DNA of 64,000 bases from Escherichia coli (GCF_016903815.1 NZ_CP069972.1); one strand, 5' to 3'. Shown: positions 30,251-39,710, numbered from the stretch's first letter. Program-made: numbers and translations. Notes: generated by a model not told the origin, from the letters alone.

Positions 30251-32534
30251 ACATCGCGTTAACCCCGAGCTTTTACACCGTACAGCCTGGGGAAATCCTG
30301 TCTGGAATGCACTCCAGAGTCTCAATATCTATGGCTTTTGCCTGGTGGCAAGTCTTGTGGCCAGTTTTATCTGGCCACTTGCATTACCGGCATGTCTGTT
30401 GTTCACACTGATAACAATGCTGGTATTTAGTCTGCAGCGATGGCGCTGCCCTCTTCGTATGCCCATGACGCTGGAATGTGCTGACCCGTCACAGGACAGA
30501 ATGATTAAAAGAAGTCTTTTCAGCTTCTGGCCAACCCTGTTCCAGTATGAGGTCATTCTGGAATCACCGGCCAGCGGCATATTCTATGTTGGTTATCAAC
30601 GCGTCAGGGATATTGGCAGGGAGTTATGGCTGAGTATGGACGATCTGACCCGCCATATAATGTTTTTCGCCACCACCGGTGGCGGTAAAACGGAAACCAT
30701 CTTTGCCTGGGCGATTAACCCACTTTGCTGGGCAAGAGGATTCACCCTTGTCGATGGCAAGGCACAGAATGATACGGCAAGAACGATCTGGTATCTGGCC
30801 AGACGCTTTGGACGTGAAGACGATGTGGAAGTCATTAACTTCATGAACGGAGGAAAATCCCGCAGTGAAATCATTCTGAGTGGTGAAAAAACGCGTCCTC
30901 AGTCAAATACCTGGAATCCCTTCTGTTACAGCACTGAGGCATTCACAGCGGAGACAATGCAGTCAATGCTGCCCCAGAACGTCCAGGGGGGCGAGTGGCA
31001 GTCCCGGGCCATTGCCATGAATAAGGCACTGGTATTTGGTACTAAATTCTGGTGTGTGCGCGAAGGCAAAACAATGTCGCTGCAGATGCTCCGTGAACAT
31101 ATGACTCTCGAAGGGATGGCCAAACTTTACTGTCGTGGCCTCGATGATCAGTGGCCGGAAGAAGCTATCGCACCGTTACGTAACTACCTTCAGGACGTTC
31201 CCGGTTTCGACCTGTCGCTGGTCAGGACACCATCAGCCTGGACGGAAGAACCCAGAAAACAACATGCTTATCTCTCCGGGCAGTTTTCTGAAACTTTCAG
31301 CACATTCACGGAAGCATTCGGGGATATTTTTGCTGAAGATTCCGGTGATATCGATATCCGTGACAGCATTCACAGCGACAGGATTCTGATGGTAATGATC
31401 CCCGCTCTGGATACATCAGCGCATACAACGTCTGCTCTTGGACGAATGTTTATCACCCAGAAAAGTATGATTCTCGCCCGTGATTTGGGCTACCGCCTCG
31501 AAGGAACTGATTCCGATGCACTGGAAGTCAAAAAATATAAGGGGCGTTTCCCTTATCTGTGTTTCCTTGATGAAGTGGGGGCATACTATACGGACCGTAT
31601 TGCTGTGGAAGCCACTCAGGTGCGTTCACTGGATTTTGCTCTGATTTTGATGGCACAGGACCAGGAACGTATAGAAGGACAGACAACAGCCACGAATACT
31701 GCAACACTGATGCAGAACACGGGGACAAAATTTGCCGGCAGGATTGTCAGCGAGGGTAGTACGGCCAGAACGCTGAAAAGCGCCGCCGGTGAAGAAGCCA
31801 GGGCGAGGATGAACAACCTGCAGCGTCAGGACGGCATATTTGGTGAATCATGGATTGACAGCCCACAAATCAGCATCCTGATGGAAAGCAAGATAAATGT
31901 TCAGGAGTTGATTGAACTTCATCCTGGCGAGTTCTTTTCTATTTTCCGGGGAGAAACCGTACCATCAGCATCATTCTTCATCCCTGACGATGAGAAAAGC
32001 TGCAGCAGCGATCCCGTTGTTATAAACAGGTATATCAGCGTGGATGCGCCACGCCTGGACCGTCTCCGCCGTCTTGTTCCCCGTACAGCTCAACGTCGAA
32101 TCCCGTCACCGGAAAATGTCAGTGCCATCATTGGCGTCCTGACTGCGAAACCCTCCAGAAAAAGACGAAAAATTCGCACGGAGCCGCACACGATCGTGGA
32201 TACATTCCAGCAACGCATTGCAGGACGTCAGGCGGCTATGGCAATGCTGGAAGAGTACGACACGGATATCAACGCACGTGAAAGTGCCTTGTGGGAAACA
32301 GCGGTGAATACGCTTAAAACGACCACACGGGAAGAGCGACGAATTCGCTATATCACGCTGAACAGGCCAGAACTACCTGAAACAAAAGAGGAAAATCAGA
32401 TATCAGTGAGAGCAGAAAGAGCAGGTATAAACCTGTTAACGCTTCCACAGGACAATAACCACCCGACAGGGCGTCCTGTAAACGGGTTTCATCATAAAAA
32501 AACCAACCGTCCGGACTGGGACGGAATGTACTGA
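30243..32534 (+). CDS. trbC: TrbC, type IV coupling protein (DotL/TraD-like ATPase, 763 aa)
   Basis: N-terminal TM helices; Walker A FFATTGGGKTETIF; 763 aa. Confidence 0.8.
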   Translation: MSEHRVNPELLHRTAWGNPVWNALQSLNIYGFCLVASLVASFIWPLALPACLLFTLITMLVFSLQRWRCPLRMPMTLECADPSQDRMIKRSLFSFWPTLFQYEVILESPASGIFYVGYQRVRDIGRELWLSMDDLTRHIMFFATTGGGKTETIFAWAINPLCWARGFTLVDGKAQNDTARTIWYLARRFGREDDVEVINFMNGGKSRSEIILSGEKTRPQSNTWNPFCYSTEAFTAETMQSMLPQNVQGGEWQSRAIAMNKALVFGTKFWCVREGKTMSLQMLREHMTLEGMAKLYCRGLDDQWPEEAIAPLRNYLQDVPGFDLSLVRTPSAWTEEPRKQHAYLSGQFSETFSTFTEAFGDIFAEDSGDIDIRDSIHSDRILMVMIPALDTSAHTTSALGRMFITQKSMILARDLGYRLEGTDSDALEVKKYKGRFPYLCFLDEVGAYYTDRIAVEATQVRSLDFALILMAQDQERIEGQTTATNTATLMQNTGTKFAGRIVSEGSTARTLKSAAGEEARARMNNLQRQDGIFGESWIDSPQISILMESKINVQELIELHPGEFFSIFRGETVPSASFFIPDDEKSCSSDPVVINRYISVDAPRLDRLRRLVPRTAQRRIPSPENVSAIIGVLTAKPSRKRRKIRTEPHTIVDTFQQRIAGRQAAMAMLEEYDTDINARESALWETAVNTLKTTTREERRIRYITLNRPELPETKEENQISVRAERAGINLLTLPQDNNHPTGRPVNGFHHKKTNRPDWDGMY

Positions 32535-32539
32535 ACAGT

Positions 32540-32572
32540 GGCCGCGCCGGATTCTGGCGCGGCCTTTTTTTT
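32540..32572. terminator. Bidirectional terminator between convergent trbC and nikB
   Basis: GGCCGCGCC-loop-GGCGCGGCC then T8. Confidence 0.65.
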
Positions 32573-35270
32573 AACCTGGAGAAGGCGGTTCCCAGCGTTT
32601 ATCCTGCTCCGGCGGAGGCAGTGATGCGTCATCGTTGCTGTTCGCCGCGATATAATCGCGGTAGTAGCGTTCACTTCCTTCACGGTGATGATCCACGTCC
32701 GGTCGCGTAATCCTGTAGTCTTCGTGACCGGTACGGCCTGTCACATTATGCCAGGCAACCATTTCAGCAAAGACCTGGTTAAATTGTTTGTCGTTTCCTT
32801 CTGGTTCAAAACCCATGCGTGGATCACGCCCGAATAATACCGGTGCAATCAAATCCAGTTTATCTGCCAGCGCATTGCGGTCATGGTGATTACGGAAAAC
32901 AACCCTGTCACCATAATCCGTACAGACAAACTCTCCCGTCCGACGATCACGGAAACGAACACTCCCGTTCTTCTGCAAACGGGCCTCGAGATCACCGGTA
33001 TTACCGTATACCGGCGTTCCGCCCGGTTCACAAAGCACGACACAGCGGTCTGTTGTCGTTGTGCGTGACTTATCTTTACGGCGATCGCGATAATCCCAGC
33101 CTCTCAGCTGCGATACAGCAGCCCTGTCTCCCTGAGCAGCCTGAATTTCGACCCACTGACGGTAAGAGGGTGGATACCACTTCCCGTCAGCAATAAGTTT
33201 CTGCCGCTCATTCCTGATGTCTTCTTTCAGCCTGATCAATGCCTGCATTCGCTGAACTTCTGCAATGTGATAATGCAGCTTACGTAATGCCGGATCATCG
33301 TACTGCGCACGAATGTGTGACTTCCGCAGACGGCATGCCTGATGAATTTCCCGACAACGTTCCCCATAACGCAGATCTGGTTTACGCCATTGTTCACGCC
33401 ATGCCAGATAGCGGGCACGCAGGTCAGCACGGGCCTCAGCTCTGGCTTCACGTCGCTGCCGGCGCAGCATTGGGTCACGTTTACTGCTGACCCCGTACCT
33501 GTCACTGACAGCCAGCTCCGGGTTATAGCGACTTTCAGGTTGCACCCTGTCAAACAAATCTGCTGGGGCACTCACAAAAGGTCCGGCCTGTGGCTCTGCA
33601 CGCCCCAGAGTCAGATCAGGATGAATGCTGCTGGCCTTCACCGGCGTTTGCTCATGATTAAAGGCATCAACGACAACAAGCCCGTGATGTTGTTTCTGTA
33701 GCATCAGTCCCTGTTGTGCAAACAACTCATGACAACGCTGCCAGGTAAACTCACCCTGTGTGATCATTTCTTCAATCTGAGGGCTACAATGGCTGATGCT
33801 GTATCCCCACAGACTTTCTTTGTCAGAAAACAGTTCGCGTTTGATAGCCCCCTGCGGCCCCGTACCTGTACGCATACGGTGCCATTCTTTATCGGTCGCA
33901 GGACAGCTCTCCATACGACGACCACGGAAGCGTTCTGTTGGCGTAACCTGGAGGAAAATATCTGTTGGTACAGGCTGCCAGCCACCATCGAGTTGATTCA
34001 CATTGTCGAGCGTCAGCAGTGACCATACGCTGTCAGCACGAACGGGAGTCTGGTTATGATCATAACCGTCACAGATAACCAGGTGACCATGCTGAACACG
34101 CATCCATAATCCCGCTTCAGCCAGTGTGCGGTGAATAGCCTGGCAGTTTTCCAGCCGTCCTTCCCGTGCCATTTCCGGCAGACGTTCTCCAAGATGACGA
34201 CAGGCATACTGCTGCAGACTTTCTGTTTCAGCGATTTTTTCCGGGCGAACATCAGCTGCAATGAAGTCCGGATTATAGCGTCCTGGTGCTTCCACCTGGC
34301 TGAAAATGTCTTTTGGTACTGGCGTGTAGTCACCCATTTTTTTCATGAGTTTTTCTGCACACCAGGAGGGACCAAACGAGTCAAGCTGTACACCTTCCCT
34401 GTTGCGATCCCAGCCATCCATCACCAGAAATTTTCCGTCCATCTGAGACAGGTACAGACCATCTTCCGCAAGACGACGATGCAGGGATAACCAGTCATTT
34501 ACAGGTTCACTGCGTAAACCAGCGACCGCTGTCTGCGCGACATACTCGCGAAAAGTTTGTTTTTTTCCGCGTGTCCAAGCGTTCTGGCGATCACGTTCAA
34601 CGGCAGTTTTGCGAACGATACGATTTCCCGGCGCATGGACCCAGCAACCGTTATCCGGAGCAAAACCATGCTTCAGTTCAAGCTCACGGCAGGCACGACT
34701 GAGTTTTTCCTGACTCCATGATAATCGGTTCAGATAACCCGTTTCAGGGTGTACCCGGTTAACAGCCACATGGACGTGCAGATTATCTGTATCAGTATGC
34801 ACGGCAGAGACATACTGATGGTCGGCAAGGCCGAGTGATTTCAGCGTATGACGTACACTGTCATAAATCTGTTCCGGACGCGGGCTTTCATGTGACTGCC
34901 AGGAAAGGATGTAGTGAAAAACAGGATCAGTGTCATCTTTTGCATAGTGTGCCTGCCGGGCAATGTACTCCATATCTGCAGCGGCAGTTTCAAGAGAAGT
35001 ACAGTTATGAAAGCAGGTGACACCATAAAAGTTGACCCATTCGCAGCCGTCCTTCATGACATCAACCAGCGCCACGAATGACTCATTTCGAAGACGTGTC
35101 GCATAATCAACAAGGCGACTGAAACGGCTTCGGTGCGGTTGTTCAGCCTGCGAAGAAGAAGATAAATCCAGTTCCTCATCGGTCATGTCATCCCGGACAG
35201 AGACGTAGGATACCAGGTCTTCGAACGAAGACTTGCCGTCCCTTCTCTTTTTCGGAATGACTGCATTCAC
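32571..35270 (-). CDS. nikB: NikB, MobP-type relaxase (899 aa)
   Basis: Histidine triad ...NLHVHVAVNRVHPETGY; 899 aa; immediately downstream of nikA/oriT. Confidence 0.9.
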   Translation of the reverse strand: MNAVIPKKRRDGKSSFEDLVSYVSVRDDMTDEELDLSSSSQAEQPHRSRFSRLVDYATRLRNESFVALVDVMKDGCEWVNFYGVTCFHNCTSLETAAADMEYIARQAHYAKDDTDPVFHYILSWQSHESPRPEQIYDSVRHTLKSLGLADHQYVSAVHTDTDNLHVHVAVNRVHPETGYLNRLSWSQEKLSRACRELELKHGFAPDNGCWVHAPGNRIVRKTAVERDRQNAWTRGKKQTFREYVAQTAVAGLRSEPVNDWLSLHRRLAEDGLYLSQMDGKFLVMDGWDRNREGVQLDSFGPSWCAEKLMKKMGDYTPVPKDIFSQVEAPGRYNPDFIAADVRPEKIAETESLQQYACRHLGERLPEMAREGRLENCQAIHRTLAEAGLWMRVQHGHLVICDGYDHNQTPVRADSVWSLLTLDNVNQLDGGWQPVPTDIFLQVTPTERFRGRRMESCPATDKEWHRMRTGTGPQGAIKRELFSDKESLWGYSISHCSPQIEEMITQGEFTWQRCHELFAQQGLMLQKQHHGLVVVDAFNHEQTPVKASSIHPDLTLGRAEPQAGPFVSAPADLFDRVQPESRYNPELAVSDRYGVSSKRDPMLRRQRREARAEARADLRARYLAWREQWRKPDLRYGERCREIHQACRLRKSHIRAQYDDPALRKLHYHIAEVQRMQALIRLKEDIRNERQKLIADGKWYPPSYRQWVEIQAAQGDRAAVSQLRGWDYRDRRKDKSRTTTTDRCVVLCEPGGTPVYGNTGDLEARLQKNGSVRFRDRRTGEFVCTDYGDRVVFRNHHDRNALADKLDLIAPVLFGRDPRMGFEPEGNDKQFNQVFAEMVAWHNVTGRTGHEDYRITRPDVDHHREGSERYYRDYIAANSNDDASLPPPEQDKRWEPPSPG

Positions 35271-35280
35271 CGGAGAATCC

Positions 35281-35613
35281 TCAACCTTCCATTAACTGTT
35301 TACGCAATGTATTTGTAAGTTCGGTTATGGCAACAAGCACTTCTGCGTATTCCTTGTCACCGGTTCTTTTTCCCTGAACAAACAGATGCTTCTGCATCCT
35401 TCCCAGTCTCATTAACTCCTTCAGAAAAGCATCATCTGTCCGGGAGTTAATTCGCTTATTCAGTGCTGCATTTCGGATGTAAGCAGATACAGTAAGTCCG
35501 GAATCTTCAGCATTCTTACAGATAGTTTCATCCTCATCCGGTGAGAACCGGACCGCTCTCAGGATCGTCTTTTGCCGTCTTTCACTACCACTTCTTTGAC
35601 GTTTATCACTCAC
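35281..35613 (-). CDS. nikA: NikA, RHH relaxosome accessory protein (110 aa, GTG start)
   Basis: AAGGAG 7 nt upstream of GTG 35613; protein VSDKRQRSGSERRQKTILRAVRFSPDEDE...; track ORF extends 29 codons further without RBS. Confidence 0.85.
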   Translation of the reverse strand: MSDKRQRSGSERRQKTILRAVRFSPDEDETICKNAEDSGLTVSAYIRNAALNKRINSRTDDAFLKELMRLGRMQKHLFVQGKRTGDKEYAEVLVAITELTNTLRKQLMEG

Positions 35614-35619
35614 GGTCAG

Positions 35620-35720
35620 CTCCTTACTGGGGTGTCGGGGCGAAGCCCTGACCAGGAGGCAATTGTATAATCGCGCGTGCGCGGTTATACAATTGCACAT
35701 CCTGTCCCGTTTTTCAGTCC
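35620..35720 (+). other. oriT: oriT: 10-bp inverted repeats flanking a GC core (35661-35694) and IncP-like nick motif ATCCTG|T (predicted nic 35704/35705, + strand)
   Basis: AATTGTATAA-N14-TTATACAATT followed by GCACATCCTGTCCCG directly upstream of nikA. Confidence 0.65.
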
Positions 35721-35845
35721 ATTATAGCCTGTTATTTTTGTGCATCATAGTCTTATGCAGACGGCAGAGGCAGGGCGCAGCCCTGCCAGGAGTCAGTTTT
35801 TGATGATAAAATCAGGCTTCAACATTAAACGGAGAGAAAGTGCCA

Positions 35846-36181
35846 ATGGCGTCTAAAAAATTTTACTCAGATGATGACATCCAGCTGGCAAAAGCTGCTT
35901 TATCGGAATTGCCAGACCTCACCGCTCAACGGAAAACATTGCGTGATTTTCTTGATGCCATTCGTGATGACATCATTATCCTGGTAAGGACAAAGGGTTA
36001 TACACTGACAGATGTTCGTGACACGCTCAAAAATGCAGGATATGAAGTAGGAGAGAAAGCACTTCGTGACATTATTCGGGAAGCAGAATCGAAAAAACCA
36101 TCCCGCCGTTCTTCCTCTAAAACAGCACCTAAAAAGACAGACTCAGGCAGGAAAGATGGCATCGATATGAACAACAATTGA
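35846..36181 (+). CDS. Hypothetical protein with K/R/S-rich basic tail (112 aa)
   Basis: GGAGAGAAAG RBS before ATG 35846; C-terminal KKPSRRSSSKTAPKKTDSGRK. Confidence 0.4.
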   Translation: MASKKFYSDDDIQLAKAALSELPDLTAQRKTLRDFLDAIRDDIIILVRTKGYTLTDVRDTLKNAGYEVGEKALRDIIREAESKKPSRRSSSKTAPKKTDSGRKDGIDMNNN

Positions 36182-36266
36182 TGTGACAATGTCACATTGT
36201 GTTCTGAGATTATGATGATTACAGAAAAAAAAGCCCCGGCATAAATACCTGGGCTTTTCTGTTTAA

Positions 36267-37118
36267 TCAGACTCGTGGCGGCAATGCACCAGGATAATGC
36301 CGTGCAATAATATCATTCAGTTTTTCAACAAGGTCAGAACGCTTAAAGACAATGTGTACGGTCCCTTTCTGGTAGCCACGCACCGTAAAATATTCCCCTT
36401 CTAACAGCTTACCGACATTGTCACCGTTCCCGAGAAATTCACCATACTGCGCCCCGATGCTGTTCCTGAAGTCAGGAACGTTGCGCCCCTCCAGCAGATA
36501 AAACGGACGTACCAGGTCATCCAGTGCCTCCCGTCCGCTGCAGTCCAGCGTCACACGCCCGTTACTCCAGCGGTACAGTAGGTTTTCAATAATTATTTTC
36601 TTACCCAGACGGCAGGGATTATTGGTTCTGTAATCCCATGACAATTTCCGGTAGACATCAATCAGCCCCTGTTCAAACGTCTGCATCTTGCTGGCATTAA
36701 GATGGCGGAATGTTGCCAGTACATTGTCCAGGGTGATTTCAGGACAGGTGTCGCTCATCAGCTGGCTGTTCCACTCATCACGCTGGCATGAACTCATGAA
36801 GGTGTACATGCCCGTATCTGTCATCAGGCGGTCCCAGATTTTCCGGTCGGCAAGACGGGTGATATTCCTTTTCGCTTCTTCCGTCTTATCCATGCGACGA
36901 ACGGAATCAGTCACGCAGTCTTCAAACCCGTAAAGAAAAATATCACCTGACGCATCGAGCAGAATCTTGCGCGCTGTCGCCAGGCATTCCATCGCCTGCA
37001 TGAACAGTGCAATACCTTCGTTACGCTGCGCGATGATGCGGTCGATAGCTACAGACGGAATAACATCTGTCGTGCCGGCAGTATTCAGGTCAGCAGTGGG
37101 TAAAGTCTGATTCATCAC
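36267..37118 (-). CDS. Leading-region protein of unknown function (283 aa)
   Basis: Long ORF directly downstream (on - strand) of repeat A1; no motif recognised. Confidence 0.55.
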   Translation of the reverse strand: MMNQTLPTADLNTAGTTDVIPSVAIDRIIAQRNEGIALFMQAMECLATARKILLDASGDIFLYGFEDCVTDSVRRMDKTEEAKRNITRLADRKIWDRLMTDTGMYTFMSSCQRDEWNSQLMSDTCPEITLDNVLATFRHLNASKMQTFEQGLIDVYRKLSWDYRTNNPCRLGKKIIIENLLYRWSNGRVTLDCSGREALDDLVRPFYLLEGRNVPDFRNSIGAQYGEFLGNGDNVGKLLEGEYFTVRGYQKGTVHIVFKRSDLVEKLNDIIARHYPGALPPRV

Positions 37119-37159
37119 ATTGTCTCCTCATCGTCACGACTGCCGGGTCAGCCAGGTCA

Positions 37160-37495
37160 TTTCCCGGAGGAGCGAAGCTCCTTCTGCCGTCCGGGTCTTC
37201 GGGGATTTCCCCGCAGTGGACCTTTCCGACGGGGGACGCTCACCACGTCACGGGGCAGTTGTCCGGGGGCAGACGCAAAAGTTTTTGACGCCTGCGGCAA
37301 AAAGTTTTGTGGCTGGTACATCTCTCCCCTGGACGACTGAAACGGGATGTGGTCATGTATGTACCCCCGGAAAGTCCGTCTGCGGAGAACAGGCCGCAGT
37401 GCGGCGGCAGACAGGCAGAGACAGCTGCGCCATCAGGCGCAGTGGCCTTACACACCGTAAGGTGTGCAGGGAGCGCCGCATACGGCGCGACTGAA
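37160..37495 (-). repeat. Family-A GC-rich structured repeat, copy 1 (Frpo/ssi-like single-strand promoter candidate)
   Basis: ~335 bp highly similar to 40553-41055 and 46898-47400; many internal inverted repeats. Confidence 0.6.
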
Positions 37496-37592
37496 GAAAA
37501 ACGACGGCACAACAATGGCATGTGGTGGTCACTGGCACACCACTCCCGCACAGGTGAAAACAGAGAAAACCGCACGACATTTACAACCAAAA

Positions 37593-37680
37593 AAAGTGAA
37601 ATTTCTTCACTTTTTCACGCTTATTTTTCGCGTTGATTTGGTGATTATGATGATAAAATAAAGTGAAATTTTTTCACTTT
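37593..37680 (+). promoter_or_regulatory. Two AAAGTGAAA/TTTCACTTT palindromic operator-like sites bracketing a promoter-like TTGATT..TAAAAT
   Basis: Inverted repeat 37593-37616 and perfect 21-bp palindrome 37659-37679, directly upstream of HTH gene. Confidence 0.45.
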
Positions 37681-37694
37681 TTCAAAGGTGTTTT

Positions 37695-37946
37695 ATGACC
37701 GGCTGGGAACTGCGAATCTGGCGAAAAAGCATGCTCTGGTCACGCGAAAAAGCGGCCAGAGAATTTGGCGTGACGCAGAGAACATGGCACGCCTGGGAAA
37801 ATGCGGAACAGGTGGACGTCACCGTCTGGAGGACCACCCAGGCACTTTCAGTCCGTGACCTGCTGCCTCACATGCAGGGGATGCGTAAGGCAGATATCAT
37901 CAGGCGACTGGAAAATGAACTGGGGGAAACGGCAGGGAATGTGTGA
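37695..37946 (+). CDS. Small HTH DNA-binding protein (83 aa)
   Basis: HTH-like WSREKAAREFGVTQRTWHAWE; preceded by palindromic operators. Confidence 0.5.
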   Translation: MTGWELRIWRKSMLWSREKAAREFGVTQRTWHAWENAEQVDVTVWRTTQALSVRDLLPHMQGMRKADIIRRLENELGETAGNV

Positions 37947-37976
37947 GCGTGATTCACAGCCTGGCTGAATGCCAGG

Positions 37977-38159
37977 CTACTGCTCATCAGGAAACAGCTT
38001 TTTCAGTTCTTCACCGGAAAGTCCCGTGACCTCCTGAATCCGTTCCAGCGGCCAGCCTATATCCCGAAGCCGGCAGGCTATTTCCCGCGCCACTTCAAGA
38101 GCCCCTTGTTTAAAACCCTCGTCGAAACCTTTCTGTATAAGACGTTCTGCAATCGTCAT
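37977..38159 (-). CDS. Free-standing Rpn tail-domain ORF (RpnS-like, 60 aa)
   Basis: MTIAERLIQKG...TGLSGEELKKLFPDEQ parallels the C-terminal tail of the adjacent Rpn protein; lies after the rpn terminator; SD weak and distant. Confidence 0.45.
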   Translation of the reverse strand: MTIAERLIQKGFDEGFKQGALEVAREIACRLRDIGWPLERIQEVTGLSGEELKKLFPDEQ

Positions 38160-38181
38160 GCTGTTTGCTCTGCTCCTGCTG

Positions 38182-38208
38182 ACAAAAAAGCCCGGCATTT
38201 TGCCGGGC
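38182..38208 (-). terminator. Rho-independent terminator after rpn
   Basis: GCCCGGCA-loop-TGCCGGGC; on - strand followed by T6. Confidence 0.55.
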
Positions 38209-38221
38209 TTTGTGGTTCTCA

Positions 38222-39148
38222 TCAGTGAGTGATTTTCTTCAGTTCGTCATCGGAAAGTCCGGTAGCCTGCTTAATCTGCTCCGGCGTCATCCCCATTTTC
38301 TGAAGCTGGCACGCAATAGCCAGGGCTTTTTCAAGCGCTCCTTCCATGCGTCCTTCCATGCGTCCTTCCATCCTGCCTTCCTGGCGACCTTTTTGCTCAA
38401 GACGTTCTGCGATAGTCATCAGTTTATCCTCATGCTGCGGCAGACGCTCAGCCAGCGCCCGCATAAATTCCGGTGATACAGAGTCCCCTGCGTTAACGAT
38501 GTAATGAATCAGAACACGCACCTGCTCGTCTGAAATTTCCACCATGACCTGCGGGAGTTTGTCCAGCAGCTCCATCATGTCACGATGGCGGATATGCTTC
38601 ATCAGCAGCGTCAGTGCGGCCATCCGGCGATGGTTCATGATTTCATTGTCATCAACGACAGTGATATCAACCAGCGGAAACGGCTTTGTGTATATTTTAG
38701 CCGCAAGTGCCGGATTCTCAAAACAGTCCAGCCAGTTCATGCTGTACGGGTACGGGCTGCGCTCACCGTGATAGAACAGCACCGGAATCACCAGTGGCAA
38801 CGTTTTGTGCTGCTCCAGATGTCTCTGCATCGCCGCCACACTGTAGCGTAACATGCGAAAAGGCATGTACAGATTTTCTGTGCTCTGGTGCTCGATGAGC
38901 GTATAAACATAACCATCTTCACCCCCGGTGGTTTTCACGCTCCAGAGGATATCGCTGGCGTACTGATGCAGGTCCGGCTCAACAAAGGTGGCGGGTTCCA
39001 GCTTCAGCGTGGACAGGTCGCACAACTGCCGGTACTCCGCAGGAAGATGCAGTTCCAGAAAATCCCTGGCAACGTCGGGATTCGCCAGGAACGACCGGAA
39101 CGCGGCATCATGCGGCGTGGGCGTTGTGGTGTTTTTCTTCTTACTCAC
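38222..39148 (-). CDS. Rpn-family (YhgA-like) recombination-promoting nuclease (308 aa, GTG start)
   Basis: GGAGG before GTG; N-terminal domain with ...YVYTLIEHQSTEN... motif; C-terminal tail with (EGRM)3 repeat; internal in-frame ATG 38419 with GAGGA SD. Confidence 0.75.
   Translation of the reverse strand: MSKKKNTTTPTPHDAAFRSFLANPDVARDFLELHLPAEYRQLCDLSTLKLEPATFVEPDLHQYASDILWSVKTTGGEDGYVYTLIEHQSTENLYMPFRMLRYSVAAMQRHLEQHKTLPLVIPVLFYHGERSPYPYSMNWLDCFENPALAAKIYTKPFPLVDITVVDDNEIMNHRRMAALTLLMKHIRHRDMMELLDKLPQVMVEISDEQVRVLIHYIVNAGDSVSPEFMRALAERLPQHEDKLMTIAERLEQKGRQEGRMEGRMEGRMEGALEKALAIACQLQKMGMTPEQIKQATGLSDDELKKITH
38340..38387 (-). repeat. Tandem 12-bp coding repeat (CCTTCCATGCGT x3-4) encoding EGRMEGRMEGRMEG
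   Basis: Direct tandem copies inside the rpn tail. Confidence 0.8.
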
Positions 39149-39534
39149 GGTTCCTCCATCAAATCAGCAGCATCGCAGCAATCATCGCCCAAATCCCCAC
39201 AACCGAGAGGACAGCAATTGCGTTCAAAGCCATGACAACAATAGCCGCGTTCTGAGTCACGGCGTATTTCTTCAGCAATCTCTTCTGCGGAAAGGTAATC
39301 AAACTCCTCACGGGCCAGTTCCAGGACCAGTAGATGTTGTTCTGTCGGCAATGTGGCCACAAAATTATCAATAGCAGCACTCAAACGTCGCTGATATAGC
39401 TCATAAACAAGACCACAACGGGGCATTAGTTCTTCGGATAATAGTTCCAGTTTTGAGCGAATTCTGTCAGCGTTGAAAGTGACTTCATCAAAAGACATAT
39501 GAAAAGCTTTGTCAGTATCAAAACAAGACTTCAT
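39145..39534 (-). CDS. Hypothetical protein with Cys-rich C-terminus, translationally coupled to rpn (129 aa)
   Basis: GGAG before ATG 39534; stop overlaps rpn start (4-nt overlap); CCHGFERNCCPLGCGDLGDDCC tail. Confidence 0.4.
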   Translation of the reverse strand: MKSCFDTDKAFHMSFDEVTFNADRIRSKLELLSEELMPRCGLVYELYQRRLSAAIDNFVATLPTEQHLLVLELAREEFDYLSAEEIAEEIRRDSERGYCCHGFERNCCPLGCGDLGDDCCDAADLMEEP

Positions 39535-39710
39535 TGTTATCTCCAGCCCTCCCGGGCCCTGAATGAAAGAGAATCTGTTTCCCTTTTCTGTTTTTTGTGG
39601 AGACACCATGCAACACAGACGTCGTGATGTTTTTCATCTTGCTCACGGTTCCTCCTGGTAAAGTACCTGAACACATCCTGCCACCTGCACAGGCAGACGG
39701 CAGGGGTTAA

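Noticed and set aside
32819-34490. + strand ORFs inside nikB (32819..33196, 33342..33701, 34131..34490 etc.)
   Set aside because: Antisense to a strongly supported relaxase gene; no RBSs.
35281-35700. 139-aa version of nikA
   Set aside because: No RBS at the upstream ATG, whereas AAGGAG precedes GTG 35613; the extension would overlap the oriT inverted repeats.
37120-37661. Track ORFs inside repeat copy A1 (e.g. 37120..37494 +, 37240..37590 -)
   Set aside because: They overlap each other on both strands inside a GC-rich repeat, lack RBSs, and recur only because the DNA is repeated.
37977-38222. 81-aa version of the Rpn tail ORF starting at 38222
   Set aside because: Its first 21 codons would span the rpn terminator hairpin; the ATG at 38159 begins exactly where tail homology starts.
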